In this document: in pieces, positions 51,003 through 60,466 of the stretch
Numbering within the stretch: position 1 is the stretch's first letter
Layout: the number at the start of each line of letters is the position of its first letter
Origin: Candidatus Tayloriibacteriota bacterium
GTDB taxonomy: Bacteria; Patescibacteriota; Minisyncoccia; Phycocordibacterales; CAIZLB01
Length of the DNA stretch: 64,000 bases
NCBI GenBank assembly: GCA_018883165.1
Contig: VEQN01000001.1
Location: forward strand, 21,949-85,948
Direction: 5' to 3'
Program-made: the position numbers and the translations under genes
The notes under the pieces: model-generated
What the model saw: the letters and a program-made list of their open reading frames with translations, nothing else
Databases searched by the model: none
What the model was told of the DNA's origin: nothing

Positions 51003-51040
51003 CACCCACAGCCTTTGCAAGCTGTGGGTGTTTTTTCTTT
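51003..51040. terminator. Bidirectional rho-independent terminator shared by the convergent xylose-isomerase-like and lepA genes.
   Basis: cacccacagc-ctttgcaa-gctgtgggtg-tttttt. Confidence 0.6.
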
Positions 51041-51047
51041 TCTCACT

Positions 51048-52973
51048 TTAATTATCCCCACTCTTCATCATCTTCAAGAAGACATCGTGAGGAATATTTA
51101 CATTACCCTTTCCACGTTCTGCCATCTTCTTCTTTCCTTTCTTCTGTTTCTCCAACAACTTCATTTTTCGTGTAATGTCACCACCATAGAGATATCCTGT
51201 AACATCTTTTCGGAGCGCTGAAAGTGTTTCTGATGCAATGATTCTTCCATTTGCACGACCTTGTATTTTTGTAACAAAGAGTTGTCGTGGCAAAATATTT
51301 TTAAGTTTCTCAACTGCCTTTCGTGCCTCATCCTCTACTCTTCTTTGTGCAACAACGCGTGTGAAAGCTTCAACCGGTTCATCTGCAACTAAGATATCCA
51401 ACCGAGTTACATCAGCATCACGCATAGATTCAAATTCATATGACAATGATGCATATCCTGAAGAGATACTCTTCAATTCATCGAAGAAGTTTCTCATGAG
51501 CTCACGAAGTGGCATGTGTATGATGAGCTTTGCTCTTCCGTCACCAAATGAAATTGTGTCTGAAAGCTCAGCTTCATGATCATAGAGTAGTTGATATATT
51601 GGTCCGGTATACAAATCAGGAGTGATGATTGAAAGCTTTACCCAAGGTTCTCTGACCGCTTCAACCTGACCATGATCTGGAAACATCGATGGTGAATATA
51701 TCATCACAGTTCTTCTACCATCTTCATGTGTTTGGATTCTACCCATGTATGTGTTTCCAAGACCATTTGCAGGCAGAATTCCATTTGCAAAACCGACATC
51801 AATTCGATCATTCTGACTTGGTGTTGATTGTCTCTTGAGTGTCACCTCATATGTAATACTTGGTGTTGCAATTACAAGGTTAAGATTAAACTCTCGCTTT
51901 AATCGTTCTGTGATGATTTCAAGGTGAAGAAGTCCAAGGAATCCACATCGGAAACCTCGCCCCAGTGACCCTGATGATTCTTCTTCGTGTGTAAATGCAG
52001 AGTCAGACAATCGTAGTTTTCCAAGTGCTTGTTTAAGGAGTTCGAAATCATCCGCATCTTCTGGGTATACAGATGCCCACACAACCGGTGCCGGACTCAT
52101 ATATCCAGGAAGTTCTGGAAGTTGTTTTCGAAAGAGCGTGATGGTGTCTCCCACTGATGCGATACCTGGTTGTTTGATACCCGTAACAATATATCCAGTC
52201 TGCCCTGCTTCAAGCTTATCAGCTGGCACTTCTTCGGGTGTGAAGATTCCTGTTTCAAGTGCATAGAATTTCTCTCCTGCAATTTTGAAAAGCAATTCAT
52301 CACCTTTTTTAACAGAACCTTCCATTACTCGTACGTATACAATTACACCTTTGTGATTTGAATATTGAAAATCGAATACCAAACCTCTGAAACTTCCTGA
52401 GTTTACAATTTCTTCCTTTGGCTCTGGTACCTTTTTAATTATCTCCTGCAACAATACATCAACACCTTGGCCAGTCTTTCCAGATGTTTCCATGATGTCT
52501 TCTGGGTTACATGACAAAAGCATGACCATTTCTTCCTTGATGTCATCAATTCGTGCAAGTGGTGAATCTACCTTACTTAAAACAGGGATGATGGTAAGAC
52601 CTGCTTCTTGTGCCATATGGAGTGTGGTGAGAGTTTGTGCTTGCACTCCCTGTGTTGCATCAACAAGAAGAATGCACCCTTCCACTGCTTTAAGTGCCCG
52701 TGACACTTCATATGAAAAGTCGATGTGCCCTGGGGTATCGATGAGGTTTAATTCATAGAGCTCACCATCAGTGTTTTTGTAGTGCATCTTTACAGGTCGC
52801 ATCTTGATGGTGATACCCTTTTCACGCTCAAGTTCCATGTTATCAAGAACCTGGTTCATCATCTTTCTCTTTTCAATTGTCTGGGTCAGCTCAAGCATTC
52901 TGTCGGCAAGGGTAGACTTACCGTGGTCAATATGTGCGATGATACTGAAGTTTCTAATTCGTCTAAGTTGCAT
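51048..52973 (-). CDS. lepA: Elongation factor 4 (LepA).
   Basis: IRNFSIIAHIDHGKSTLADRMLE, DTPGHIDF, and the LepA-specific C-terminal domain. Confidence 0.9.
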   Translation of the reverse strand: MQLRRIRNFSIIAHIDHGKSTLADRMLELTQTIEKRKMMNQVLDNMELEREKGITIKMRPVKMHYKNTDGELYELNLIDTPGHIDFSYEVSRALKAVEGCILLVDATQGVQAQTLTTLHMAQEAGLTIIPVLSKVDSPLARIDDIKEEMVMLLSCNPEDIMETSGKTGQGVDVLLQEIIKKVPEPKEEIVNSGSFRGLVFDFQYSNHKGVIVYVRVMEGSVKKGDELLFKIAGEKFYALETGIFTPEEVPADKLEAGQTGYIVTGIKQPGIASVGDTITLFRKQLPELPGYMSPAPVVWASVYPEDADDFELLKQALGKLRLSDSAFTHEEESSGSLGRGFRCGFLGLLHLEIITERLKREFNLNLVIATPSITYEVTLKRQSTPSQNDRIDVGFANGILPANGLGNTYMGRIQTHEDGRRTVMIYSPSMFPDHGQVEAVREPWVKLSIITPDLYTGPIYQLLYDHEAELSDTISFGDGRAKLIIHMPLRELMRNFFDELKSISSGYASLSYEFESMRDADVTRLDILVADEPVEAFTRVVAQRRVEDEARKAVEKLKNILPRQLFVTKIQGRANGRIIASETLSALRKDVTGYLYGGDITRKMKLLEKQKKGKKKMAERGKGNVNIPHDVFLKMMKSGDN

Positions 52974-53078
52974 GAATATATGAGCAATATACCAGAAATA
53001 TTAAAAAATGACAGGGACAATAGTTGCAATATCCATAAACGCTCTGTATAGTTATGGCGAAAATACAGAAACCCTGCA

Positions 53079-53651
53079 TTGCACTTTCTCATGAAACCCA
53101 CATATACACCACCTGATAACGGCGGATTTATGATCCCCCGTTGTTCCGACAGGGTCATTTTGGCCTTTGTCAATGAAAAAGACCGCTGGGAAATTCTTGG
53201 CGGCGGCGAAGAACCCGAAGACAATGGTGATCTCCTTAACACTGCTATTCGTGAATCGCAAGAAGAAGGAATGCTCACCGTGGAAAGAAATCACGCGCGC
53301 CATGTTGGAAACCTGGTACAGGTCATTCCTGGTACAGGTGGAAAAACTGGCATCGCTGCGGTTTGGAGTACTCAAATCTTTGAGCCCATCTCCGGACTAA
53401 AGTGGAAAGAATTCCAGCTCTTTCGCAAGACAGACCCTGCCTACAACAAAGAGACTGGGGGAGTATCCATGATTCGCCTAAAAGACATCTTCTGTGAAGG
53501 TTCACCGTTTGCCATCCCACTGGGACACAAACGAATGATTCTCCACATGTTGAATGTTGAAACAGACTTCGGCAAACCACTCATTGAAGGAATTCGCCTT
53601 GGTCAACCTGTGACCGCCTTGGTGCCACACCTTGGTATAATCACATGCTGA
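53079..53651 (+). CDS. Nudix-hydrolase-like protein (degenerate Nudix box).
   Basis: WEILGGGEEPEDNGDLLNTAIRESQEEGML approximates GX5EX7REUXEEXGU with a 3-aa insertion. The assignment rests on the motif only. Confidence 0.4.
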   Translation: MHFLMKPTYTPPDNGGFMIPRCSDRVILAFVNEKDRWEILGGGEEPEDNGDLLNTAIRESQEEGMLTVERNHARHVGNLVQVIPGTGGKTGIAAVWSTQIFEPISGLKWKEFQLFRKTDPAYNKETGGVSMIRLKDIFCEGSPFAIPLGHKRMILHMLNVETDFGKPLIEGIRLGQPVTALVPHLGIITC

Positions 53652-53660
53652 CATACTCAC

Positions 53661-53696
53661 CCGACCTTGGAGCCCTGTGCTCCAAGGTCGGTTTTG
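53661..53696 (+). terminator. Rho-independent terminator.
   Basis: 13-bp perfect stem ccgaccttggagc-cctgt-gctccaaggtcgg, then ttttgtt. Confidence 0.55.
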
Positions 53697-54392
53697 TTAT
53701 TCTCTAATTATTTGCCCGTCCTGAAGTCTAATTACCCTGTCTGTTGCTTTACCATATTCATCCTCATGTGTAACCATCACAATCGTTTGACCAAGTGCGT
53801 GTAGCTCTTGAAAAATCTTAAGCACGAGTGCAGAAGATTCTGAATCAAGGTTTGCGGTCGGCTCGTCGGCAAACAGAATTTTTGGTTCATGTGCAATCGC
53901 ACGTGCAATACTTACACGCTGCTGCTCACCTCCTGAGAGTTTTGAAGGTAAATTGTTTACTCGATGTCCTAACCCCACACGTGTTAATACCCTCTCTGCA
54001 ATTTCATATGCCTCAGAAATTTGCTTGCCTTGCATAATTAAAGGTACTGCAACGTTTTCTTTTGCGGTAAGGTCTGGCAAAAGCGCATAGTCCTGAAATA
54101 CATATCCAAGCTCTTTTAATCTAAAGGAAACTCTTTCATCTTCATGCATATCAGTCACCCGAACACCATCAACATATATTTCACCTTCTGTGGGATGATC
54201 AAGAAGGCTCACTTGATACAAGAGCGTCGATTTACCAGCACCTGAGCGACCCATGATTGCAACAAACTCCCCCTTCTTTATTTTAAGATCAATACCTTTA
54301 AGTACATGTGTTACTTTGTCACCATCAACAAATGATTTTCTCACACCACTTGTTCGAATTATGTATTCTGATTGTTCTTGTGTAGTAGACAT
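53697..54392 (-). CDS. ABC transporter ATP-binding protein (MacB/LolD/FtsE-type).
   Basis: Walker A GRSGAGKSTLL. Signature LSGGEQQRVSIARAI. Walker B ILFADEPTANLD. Confidence 0.8.
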   Translation of the reverse strand: MSTTQEQSEYIIRTSGVRKSFVDGDKVTHVLKGIDLKIKKGEFVAIMGRSGAGKSTLLYQVSLLDHPTEGEIYVDGVRVTDMHEDERVSFRLKELGYVFQDYALLPDLTAKENVAVPLIMQGKQISEAYEIAERVLTRVGLGHRVNNLPSKLSGGEQQRVSIARAIAHEPKILFADEPTANLDSESSALVLKIFQELHALGQTIVMVTHEDEYGKATDRVIRLQDGQIIRE

Positions 54393-54403
54393 ATATGTAT
54401 TTG

Positions 54404-55678
54404 TTATCGTCCTAATATTGCATCAAGCGTATTTCTCTTCACAATCATTCTTGCTGGAATATATCCTGCAATTACGGTGGTTATGAGGAGGAGCACAACT
54501 CGCATCATAGTCCCAACGAGTGGTGCATAGATGATTCCGTCACTAAATGGGAAGTTAATTGGATGTGCATCAACGAATGGCACCAAAAATCCATAGAGTA
54601 CAGCGAGGCCGATTGATGAACCTATTACAGCGTAGAAAATGGACTGGAGGATGTATGAAAATTCAATTGATTTCGGATGGATACCGATTCCCTTCATAAT
54701 ACCAATGAATTTTCTTCTGGTAAGTGCGTTCACGAAAATCACAATGAATATTGTGATTGACGCAACCGCAAGACCAATTGAACCAATGAGGTTTCCGAGG
54801 ATTCCAAATGTTGCAGCGATATCTTTCAAGAATTTTGGCTGTGCCTCAACTGATGTCTGGATCTTAGCGAATTCCTCAAATCCGTTATTCAACAAAAATT
54901 GTTTGGTATATTGTGCATCTGCTTCGGTCGCACCAGGTTTCAAACGAACTGAAATCTCATCTACATTCGAATCGGTTCTACCAATGAGTTTTCTTGCTTC
55001 TCTGTCGAGCATAAATACTCTAAAGTCATTTTCGTCTACCTTTGATTTAATGACACCTCGGACAATTACCTCCTTAGCATTGTCACCGATATTTAATTTT
55101 AACTTCTGTCCAATTTTAATATCTTTCAATGTCTGGAATCCTGCGGTTTCAATTGGTGTATATTTGTACAACAAGTTTGCACCAATAACCACACCGTCAG
55201 TATCATTCTCTTGAAGGTACGCACCTTCGATGACATACTTCGATACACCTGTGATTAAGTCTTCATGCACGGGATTGATTCCAACCACTGTTGCACCTAC
55301 TTTGTTTGGTGACTCATCTTGTCGAAGCTTTCTTCGATAGTCAGCATTTAATATTCCTGATCCAATGTACTTAGCTGATATGTGCTTTACAGAATCGAGT
55401 CCTTCAAGAACACTTAATATTTCACCACTTCGTTCAATCTGGTTTTTCTGCTGCAACTTGGTGACAATAATATCGCCAGTACCTCTCTCCTTCTGTGCCT
55501 GAATAGAGCTTTGAATAAGTCCAACAAGTACACCATTCACCACTACAAGGTTAAGAAATGTAAGTGTCATCACTGCGATAATGAGCATAGTAGTCCAAAG
55601 ACTTGCTCGCTTAATCTGACGGTACGCAAGAAAGAACCCTACTCTATATATATTCGATTTTCTTTTTAATGCGTGCAT
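54404..55678 (-). CDS. ABC transporter permease, FtsX/MacB-like (4 TM helices plus a large extracytoplasmic domain).
   Basis: N-terminal TM LWTTMLIIAVMTLTFLNLVVV, a periplasmic-like domain of about 230 aa, and three C-terminal TM helices. This is typical FtsX-fold architecture. Confidence 0.75.
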   Translation of the reverse strand: MHALKRKSNIYRVGFFLAYRQIKRASLWTTMLIIAVMTLTFLNLVVVNGVLVGLIQSSIQAQKERGTGDIIVTKLQQKNQIERSGEILSVLEGLDSVKHISAKYIGSGILNADYRRKLRQDESPNKVGATVVGINPVHEDLITGVSKYVIEGAYLQENDTDGVVIGANLLYKYTPIETAGFQTLKDIKIGQKLKLNIGDNAKEVIVRGVIKSKVDENDFRVFMLDREARKLIGRTDSNVDEISVRLKPGATEADAQYTKQFLLNNGFEEFAKIQTSVEAQPKFLKDIAATFGILGNLIGSIGLAVASITIFIVIFVNALTRRKFIGIMKGIGIHPKSIEFSYILQSIFYAVIGSSIGLAVLYGFLVPFVDAHPINFPFSDGIIYAPLVGTMMRVVLLLITTVIAGYIPARMIVKRNTLDAILGR

Positions 55679-57270
55679 TACTTCTTTAGTACAATTACAA
55701 CATCACCGATATTTAATCCTGATACGATTTCAATTTTACCTTCTGCATTGATTCCGCCAGTTACCACATTTTTGTTTACCCTCTTCCCGTCAACTTCAAC
55801 AGTCACCACCTTCTCACCACCTTCAAGGAACAATGCTTCTTGTGGAACAATCACAGTTCCAGCTTTCTCAGCTGTTTGAATTGTTGTATTTGCAGTCATA
55901 CCAGATCGTATTCTAGGATCGTTCTCTACGAATTGTAATTTTGTTTTGTATGTAGATACACCATCTTGTACTGTTTCAGCAGGATCAACCTCTCCAACCG
56001 TTGCCTTGAATATGACTTCTTTTCCATATGCATCAAGAGTTACTTTTGCTGGTTGTCCAACTGACACTTTTGCAATATCTGATTCAGATACAAAACTTTC
56101 AATTTCATATCCAGCGGAGCTGATCATTGAAATTGCATTATCCTGTGTTGAAACAGTTTGTCCAAGCTTCACATCTACTTTCGTAATCAAGCCATCAAAT
56201 GGCGCTGTGATTATCGTCTTTGCATATGCAGCTCTTGCACTTTGAAGATCCGCTTGGGTACTTTTCAATTTGGCAGCTTGTGCGAGTATCTCTTCGCTTG
56301 TTGCACCAGACAATTTAATTTGTAGTTGCTCTGCTTTTGTATCTCGTGTTGTAACAGCATTCTTGTATGTAAGTTCAGCAGACGTAAGTGAAGTTATAGC
56401 ACCACCAACAGCAGTTCTCGCTGCTGAAATATCGTTTCTGTATTTGTCCACTATGGTCTGCGTGAGTGTACCGTTTGCCTGAAGACCCGAGACTGCACTA
56501 CTAAGACCATTGAGAAAATCTCTCATCTGTGTGAGGTTTTTTCTAGCATCTTGAAGAACCGATGCAGTGTAGGTATCAACAGAGAGTGAATTTGTTTGCC
56601 TCTCCCATTGTGTAAGCATCTCACCCGCTCGAATCCTTTGATCTTCGAGTGTTTTCTTTAGTGAATAGTTATCAAATGAAATTATTTCAGGAGTCGCTGT
56701 TCTTGGGTTGGTGTACAACTGATCAATTTTACTTCGAAGTGCATCATCCGACACCGCGTATGCATCTTTAATTTCATCAACTAACACCTGCGTTGCTTGT
56801 TTGTATGAAGACAGTGCACCTTCGGCTTCAGCTCGTGCAATGTTCACATCTTCTGCTCGAGGTCCTCGTCTTACCTCTTGAAGTCGTGCAGATTCTTCAT
56901 CAACTCGAGCTTGTCGTTGTAGTACATTTCCCCATGCATCACCATTTGAAAGCACTGCTAGTGTGTCACCCTTCTTTACCTGATCACCGATTGAGACTTT
57001 AATCTCAGCTACTCGTCCCGCAGTTTCAAATGCCATATCTACATTCTCAGCTGCAACAACTTTACCTGTAACTGAAACCTCTTGCACAAATGTTTCAGGT
57101 TGTACGGTAATTCGTTCCACTGTATCAGAATTGCCACCACGAGAGGTAAAGGTGATGATGGCAATGATTACTATGAGGGGCATGTATACCCTTTTCTTTT
57201 TGAGTACTGACATAAATGACGAGAATCTGCTTTTCATGTTTTGATATGAATAATTACAACGAATATACAT
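55678..57270 (-). CDS. HlyD/MacA-family periplasmic adaptor (membrane-fusion protein) with an extended alpha-helical hairpin.
   Basis: N-terminal TM. Lipoyl/beta-barrel motifs ETAGRVAEIKVSIGDQVKKGDTLAVL and ITAPFDGLITKVDVKLGQTV. A coiled-coil region of about 200 aa. It shares an operon with the ABC ATPase and permease. Confidence 0.65.
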   Translation of the reverse strand: MYIRCNYSYQNMKSRFSSFMSVLKKKRVYMPLIVIIAIITFTSRGGNSDTVERITVQPETFVQEVSVTGKVVAAENVDMAFETAGRVAEIKVSIGDQVKKGDTLAVLSNGDAWGNVLQRQARVDEESARLQEVRRGPRAEDVNIARAEAEGALSSYKQATQVLVDEIKDAYAVSDDALRSKIDQLYTNPRTATPEIISFDNYSLKKTLEDQRIRAGEMLTQWERQTNSLSVDTYTASVLQDARKNLTQMRDFLNGLSSAVSGLQANGTLTQTIVDKYRNDISAARTAVGGAITSLTSAELTYKNAVTTRDTKAEQLQIKLSGATSEEILAQAAKLKSTQADLQSARAAYAKTIITAPFDGLITKVDVKLGQTVSTQDNAISMISSAGYEIESFVSESDIAKVSVGQPAKVTLDAYGKEVIFKATVGEVDPAETVQDGVSTYKTKLQFVENDPRIRSGMTANTTIQTAEKAGTVIVPQEALFLEGGEKVVTVEVDGKRVNKNVVTGGINAEGKIEIVSGLNIGDVVIVLKK

Positions 57271-57386
57271 ACAAATATATCATATATATGTACATGTGTA
57301 CTGTAGACACGGTAAGGTTTGCCAAATCATTCATTTAATGCTTTAATCAGAGCCTGATTAACCACGCCTCTGGCGTCATTTTATTT

Positions 57387-59192
57387 ATGGACATACGAAA
57401 CATCGCAATCATCGCTCACGTAGACCACGGCAAGACCACCATTGTTGACTCTATGATGAAGTACACCGGTATGGTAAAGGACGCCGTATCAATGGACTCA
57501 AACACTCTTGAACAAGAGCGTGGTATTACCATTTACGCCAAGAACGCTTCACTCATATATACCAGTAAAGCAACAGGAGTAGCTCACAAAATTAACATCA
57601 TCGATACACCTGGTCACGCGGACTTCGGATCTGAAGTAGAACGTGTACTTAAATCAATCGACTGTGTACTCCTTGTTGTTGATGCCCAAGAAGGCCCAAT
57701 GCCGCAAACACGGTTTGTACTCAAAAAATCAATTGAGCTCGGACTTAAACCAATTGTAATCATGAACAAGCTCGACAAACCTGCTGCGAACCCAGGACGA
57801 GTACATGATGAAATCCTTGAGCTCTTCATGGAACTTGGCGCTGATGATGCACAGCTTAACTTCCCTGTCATCTATGCCGTTGGCAGAGACGGTGTTGCTA
57901 AAAAAGAACTTACTGATGAGTTTAAAGACCTTGAACCATTGTTTGAAATGATCATTGAAAAAGTTCCAGCTGCTGAAGACAAAAGTAGCGAGCCACTTGT
58001 TGCACAGCCATTCAACCTTGCGTACGACAACTTCCTTGGACGACTTGCAGTTGCACGTGTATGGAGCGGTACAATTAAAATGAATCAAACTGTATATATC
58101 AAGAAACCAAATGGTTCAGTTGAAACTGCACGAGTAGTTAAACTATTCACATTCGAAGGCATGAGTAAGAAAGACTCAGATGAAATTACATCTGGTGATG
58201 TTGCAATGATTGCCGGCCTCACAAACATCTACATTGGTGACACCATCACTGACAACCCTGAAACACATTCCCTTCCAGCAATTTCAATCGACGAACCAAC
58301 AATCTCACTCAACTTCCTTGTAAACGACTCTCCATTTGCTGGACGAGAAGGAAAATTCGTAACAAGTAGACAAATTCGAGATCGACTCGAAAAAGAACTT
58401 GAAGTGAACGTTGGACTTCAGGTTGATTTCACAAATGCTGATCGTATGAAAGTGTACGGACGAGGTGAACTCCATATCGCGATTCTTCTTGAACAAATGC
58501 GACGAGAGGGGTTTGAACTTCAGGTATCACAACCAGAAGTAATCTTTAAAGATATTGATGGTAAGAAACATGAACCATATGAAGAAGTGGTAATTGATAC
58601 ACCAGATGAATTCTCTGGAACAATCATCGAGAAGCTCGGGAAGCGAAAAGGTATCATGACTTCAATGAAGCAACATGATGGGGTTACTAGACTCACATTC
58701 GATATTCCGACTCGAGGTCTCCTTGGATTTCGAAGTCAGTTCGTGGTTGATACAAAAGGTGAAGGAATCATGTCATCACGATTTACGGAATTTAGAACAT
58801 TTGCTGGTGTCATTGAAAAACGAGAAGTTGGATCAATGATCTCAATGGAGAACGGAAAAGCAGTAACATTCGCACTAGGCAACCTACAAACTCGAGGTGT
58901 TCTCTATATCGGTCACGGCACTGAAGTATATGCTGGTATGGTCATCGGAAACACCTCAAAAGGTGAAGAGATGGAAGTGAATCCAACTAAAGGAAAGCAG
59001 CTCACAAACATGCGAGCATCAGGTACTGATGATACGGTATATCTTACTCCCCCACTTGAAATTACAATTGAGCGAGGTCTAGAACTCATCAATGAAGACG
59101 AATATTTGGAAATTACTCCAACATCTACGAGAATACGAAAAAAATATCTGACACGAACAGACAGAGACAAAGCAAAGAAAGGAATTGTATAA
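57387..59192 (+). CDS. typA: Translational GTPase BipA/TypA.
   Basis: IRNIAIIAHVDHGKTTIVDSMM, DTPGHADF, NKLDKP, and the BipA-specific C-terminal domain. Confidence 0.9.
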   Translation: MDIRNIAIIAHVDHGKTTIVDSMMKYTGMVKDAVSMDSNTLEQERGITIYAKNASLIYTSKATGVAHKINIIDTPGHADFGSEVERVLKSIDCVLLVVDAQEGPMPQTRFVLKKSIELGLKPIVIMNKLDKPAANPGRVHDEILELFMELGADDAQLNFPVIYAVGRDGVAKKELTDEFKDLEPLFEMIIEKVPAAEDKSSEPLVAQPFNLAYDNFLGRLAVARVWSGTIKMNQTVYIKKPNGSVETARVVKLFTFEGMSKKDSDEITSGDVAMIAGLTNIYIGDTITDNPETHSLPAISIDEPTISLNFLVNDSPFAGREGKFVTSRQIRDRLEKELEVNVGLQVDFTNADRMKVYGRGELHIAILLEQMRREGFELQVSQPEVIFKDIDGKKHEPYEEVVIDTPDEFSGTIIEKLGKRKGIMTSMKQHDGVTRLTFDIPTRGLLGFRSQFVVDTKGEGIMSSRFTEFRTFAGVIEKREVGSMISMENGKAVTFALGNLQTRGVLYIGHGTEVYAGMVIGNTSKGEEMEVNPTKGKQLTNMRASGTDDTVYLTPPLEITIERGLELINEDEYLEITPTSTRIRKKYLTRTDRDKAKKGIV

Positions 59193-59200
59193 AAATTGAA

Positions 59201-59237
59201 CCCCCGGAGCATGATGCCACGGGGGTGAAATTTTTTT
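59201..59237. terminator. Hairpin terminator after bipA.
   Basis: cccccg-gagcatgatgcca-cggggg-tgaaattttttt. Confidence 0.45.
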
Positions 59238-59274
59238 GACACTATATTTCAAAGTGGTTGCTGGAGATGCCAGC

Positions 59275-60303
59275 CTACTTCGTCTCTTCGATTTTCTTCA
59301 GTTTCGCCTGAAGCTCCTCGAAGAAACGATCCTTTGTCTGCACAGCTTCCTTACCTTCAGGGGGATTGGGGTTGTGAACATGTGTATTCTCACCCTCCCG
59401 CGCATGGATGCGCCCAAAGAAACCATTGAGTTGTTTAAGGATGGCAGTGGCACGCCCTGGTGTAATTGTCTTGTCATAGACGCGACGGAACACAAAAGCG
59501 ATTCCTTTCCTGAACGGATCAGGTTTGCCATCTGGACCAAACTGGGTAAACAAATGTTGCTGCTTGTTTTCAACAGTTGCCAGATAATACGCGAGCTCGC
59601 GCTCATACCAACCTGGCTGACTGATGACATCTTCAACATGCTTCCCCAGTTGAACATATCCTTCACGGTGTGTCTTTGGCATGAAAGCAAAGAGCAGATC
59701 GAACTGCTGAGTGATTTCATACACCAATGCATCCTGATGCTTCTCATCCTTCAAGAGTTCAATCTGTGGGATGTTAGCAAACACCCAGAATGGAACCCCT
59801 TTGGTGATTTCATCGAATGCAGACTTCCGTTTTTCCAAGTCAGCATCTGTTGCATTTTTCAAAGTGACATTCGTCACCTGATCAATGCGGGTACTCACCG
59901 ACTTTCGGGATTCCTCAATGAGCGGGTCATAGAAGTTTCCGCGACCAAGGACGCCGTAGGCGGTGATGATCCGGAGCCAAGACTCATGATCCCACCTGGC
60001 GTATGATGCAGGTTCTGAGACCATCGATGCGGCGTGAGTGGAGAACCATCCACCCCAGATGTCTTTTCGAAACTCCGAAGGCAGATTCAAACTGGAAGGC
60101 ATCCTGGCGATGATGGAAGCCTCCACTGTTGTAAGGTGACTTCCCCATGATGTGTTTCCAAAGTAGGCAGGCGGAGGTGGAACACCTTCGCTTTCAGCCG
60201 CAATGAGGTTAAGGTTGATGTTAAGGCCGATGATGGCCATAAGGCAGGCGCGCAGCAAAACTGCGGACCACGACTGGGTGTGGGTGCTGGTGTTCATTTT
60301 CAA
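59275..60303 (-). CDS. Secreted hypothetical protein (signal peptide), moderately GC-rich.
   Basis: MKMNTSTHTQSWSAVLLRACLMAIIGLNINLNLIAA, a signal peptide. No domain recognised. Local G+C is patchy, about 45-63%. Confidence 0.45.
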   Translation of the reverse strand: MKMNTSTHTQSWSAVLLRACLMAIIGLNINLNLIAAESEGVPPPPAYFGNTSWGSHLTTVEASIIARMPSSLNLPSEFRKDIWGGWFSTHAASMVSEPASYARWDHESWLRIITAYGVLGRGNFYDPLIEESRKSVSTRIDQVTNVTLKNATDADLEKRKSAFDEITKGVPFWVFANIPQIELLKDEKHQDALVYEITQQFDLLFAFMPKTHREGYVQLGKHVEDVISQPGWYERELAYYLATVENKQQHLFTQFGPDGKPDPFRKGIAFVFRRVYDKTITPGRATAILKQLNGFFGRIHAREGENTHVHNPNPPEGKEAVQTKDRFFEELQAKLKKIEETK

Positions 60304-60421
60304 TGAAAGCGGACTATCCGCATTTATTATTATACCATATATAACATATTAGTCAATATATGGCACAGATCAGGTAACAAGTTACATATTAAAATATAGA
60401 ATTATGTATGCACCTAAAGAA

Positions 60422-60450
60422 ACTGCCCGACCATTGGTCGGGCAGTTGCC
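60422..60450 (-). terminator. Hairpin terminator downstream of the PurO-like gene.
   Basis: 10-bp perfect stem ctgcccgacc-attg-ggtcgggcag. On the minus strand it is followed by a T-rich run. Confidence 0.5.
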
Positions 60451-60466
60451 GTCTTTGTGACATCAC

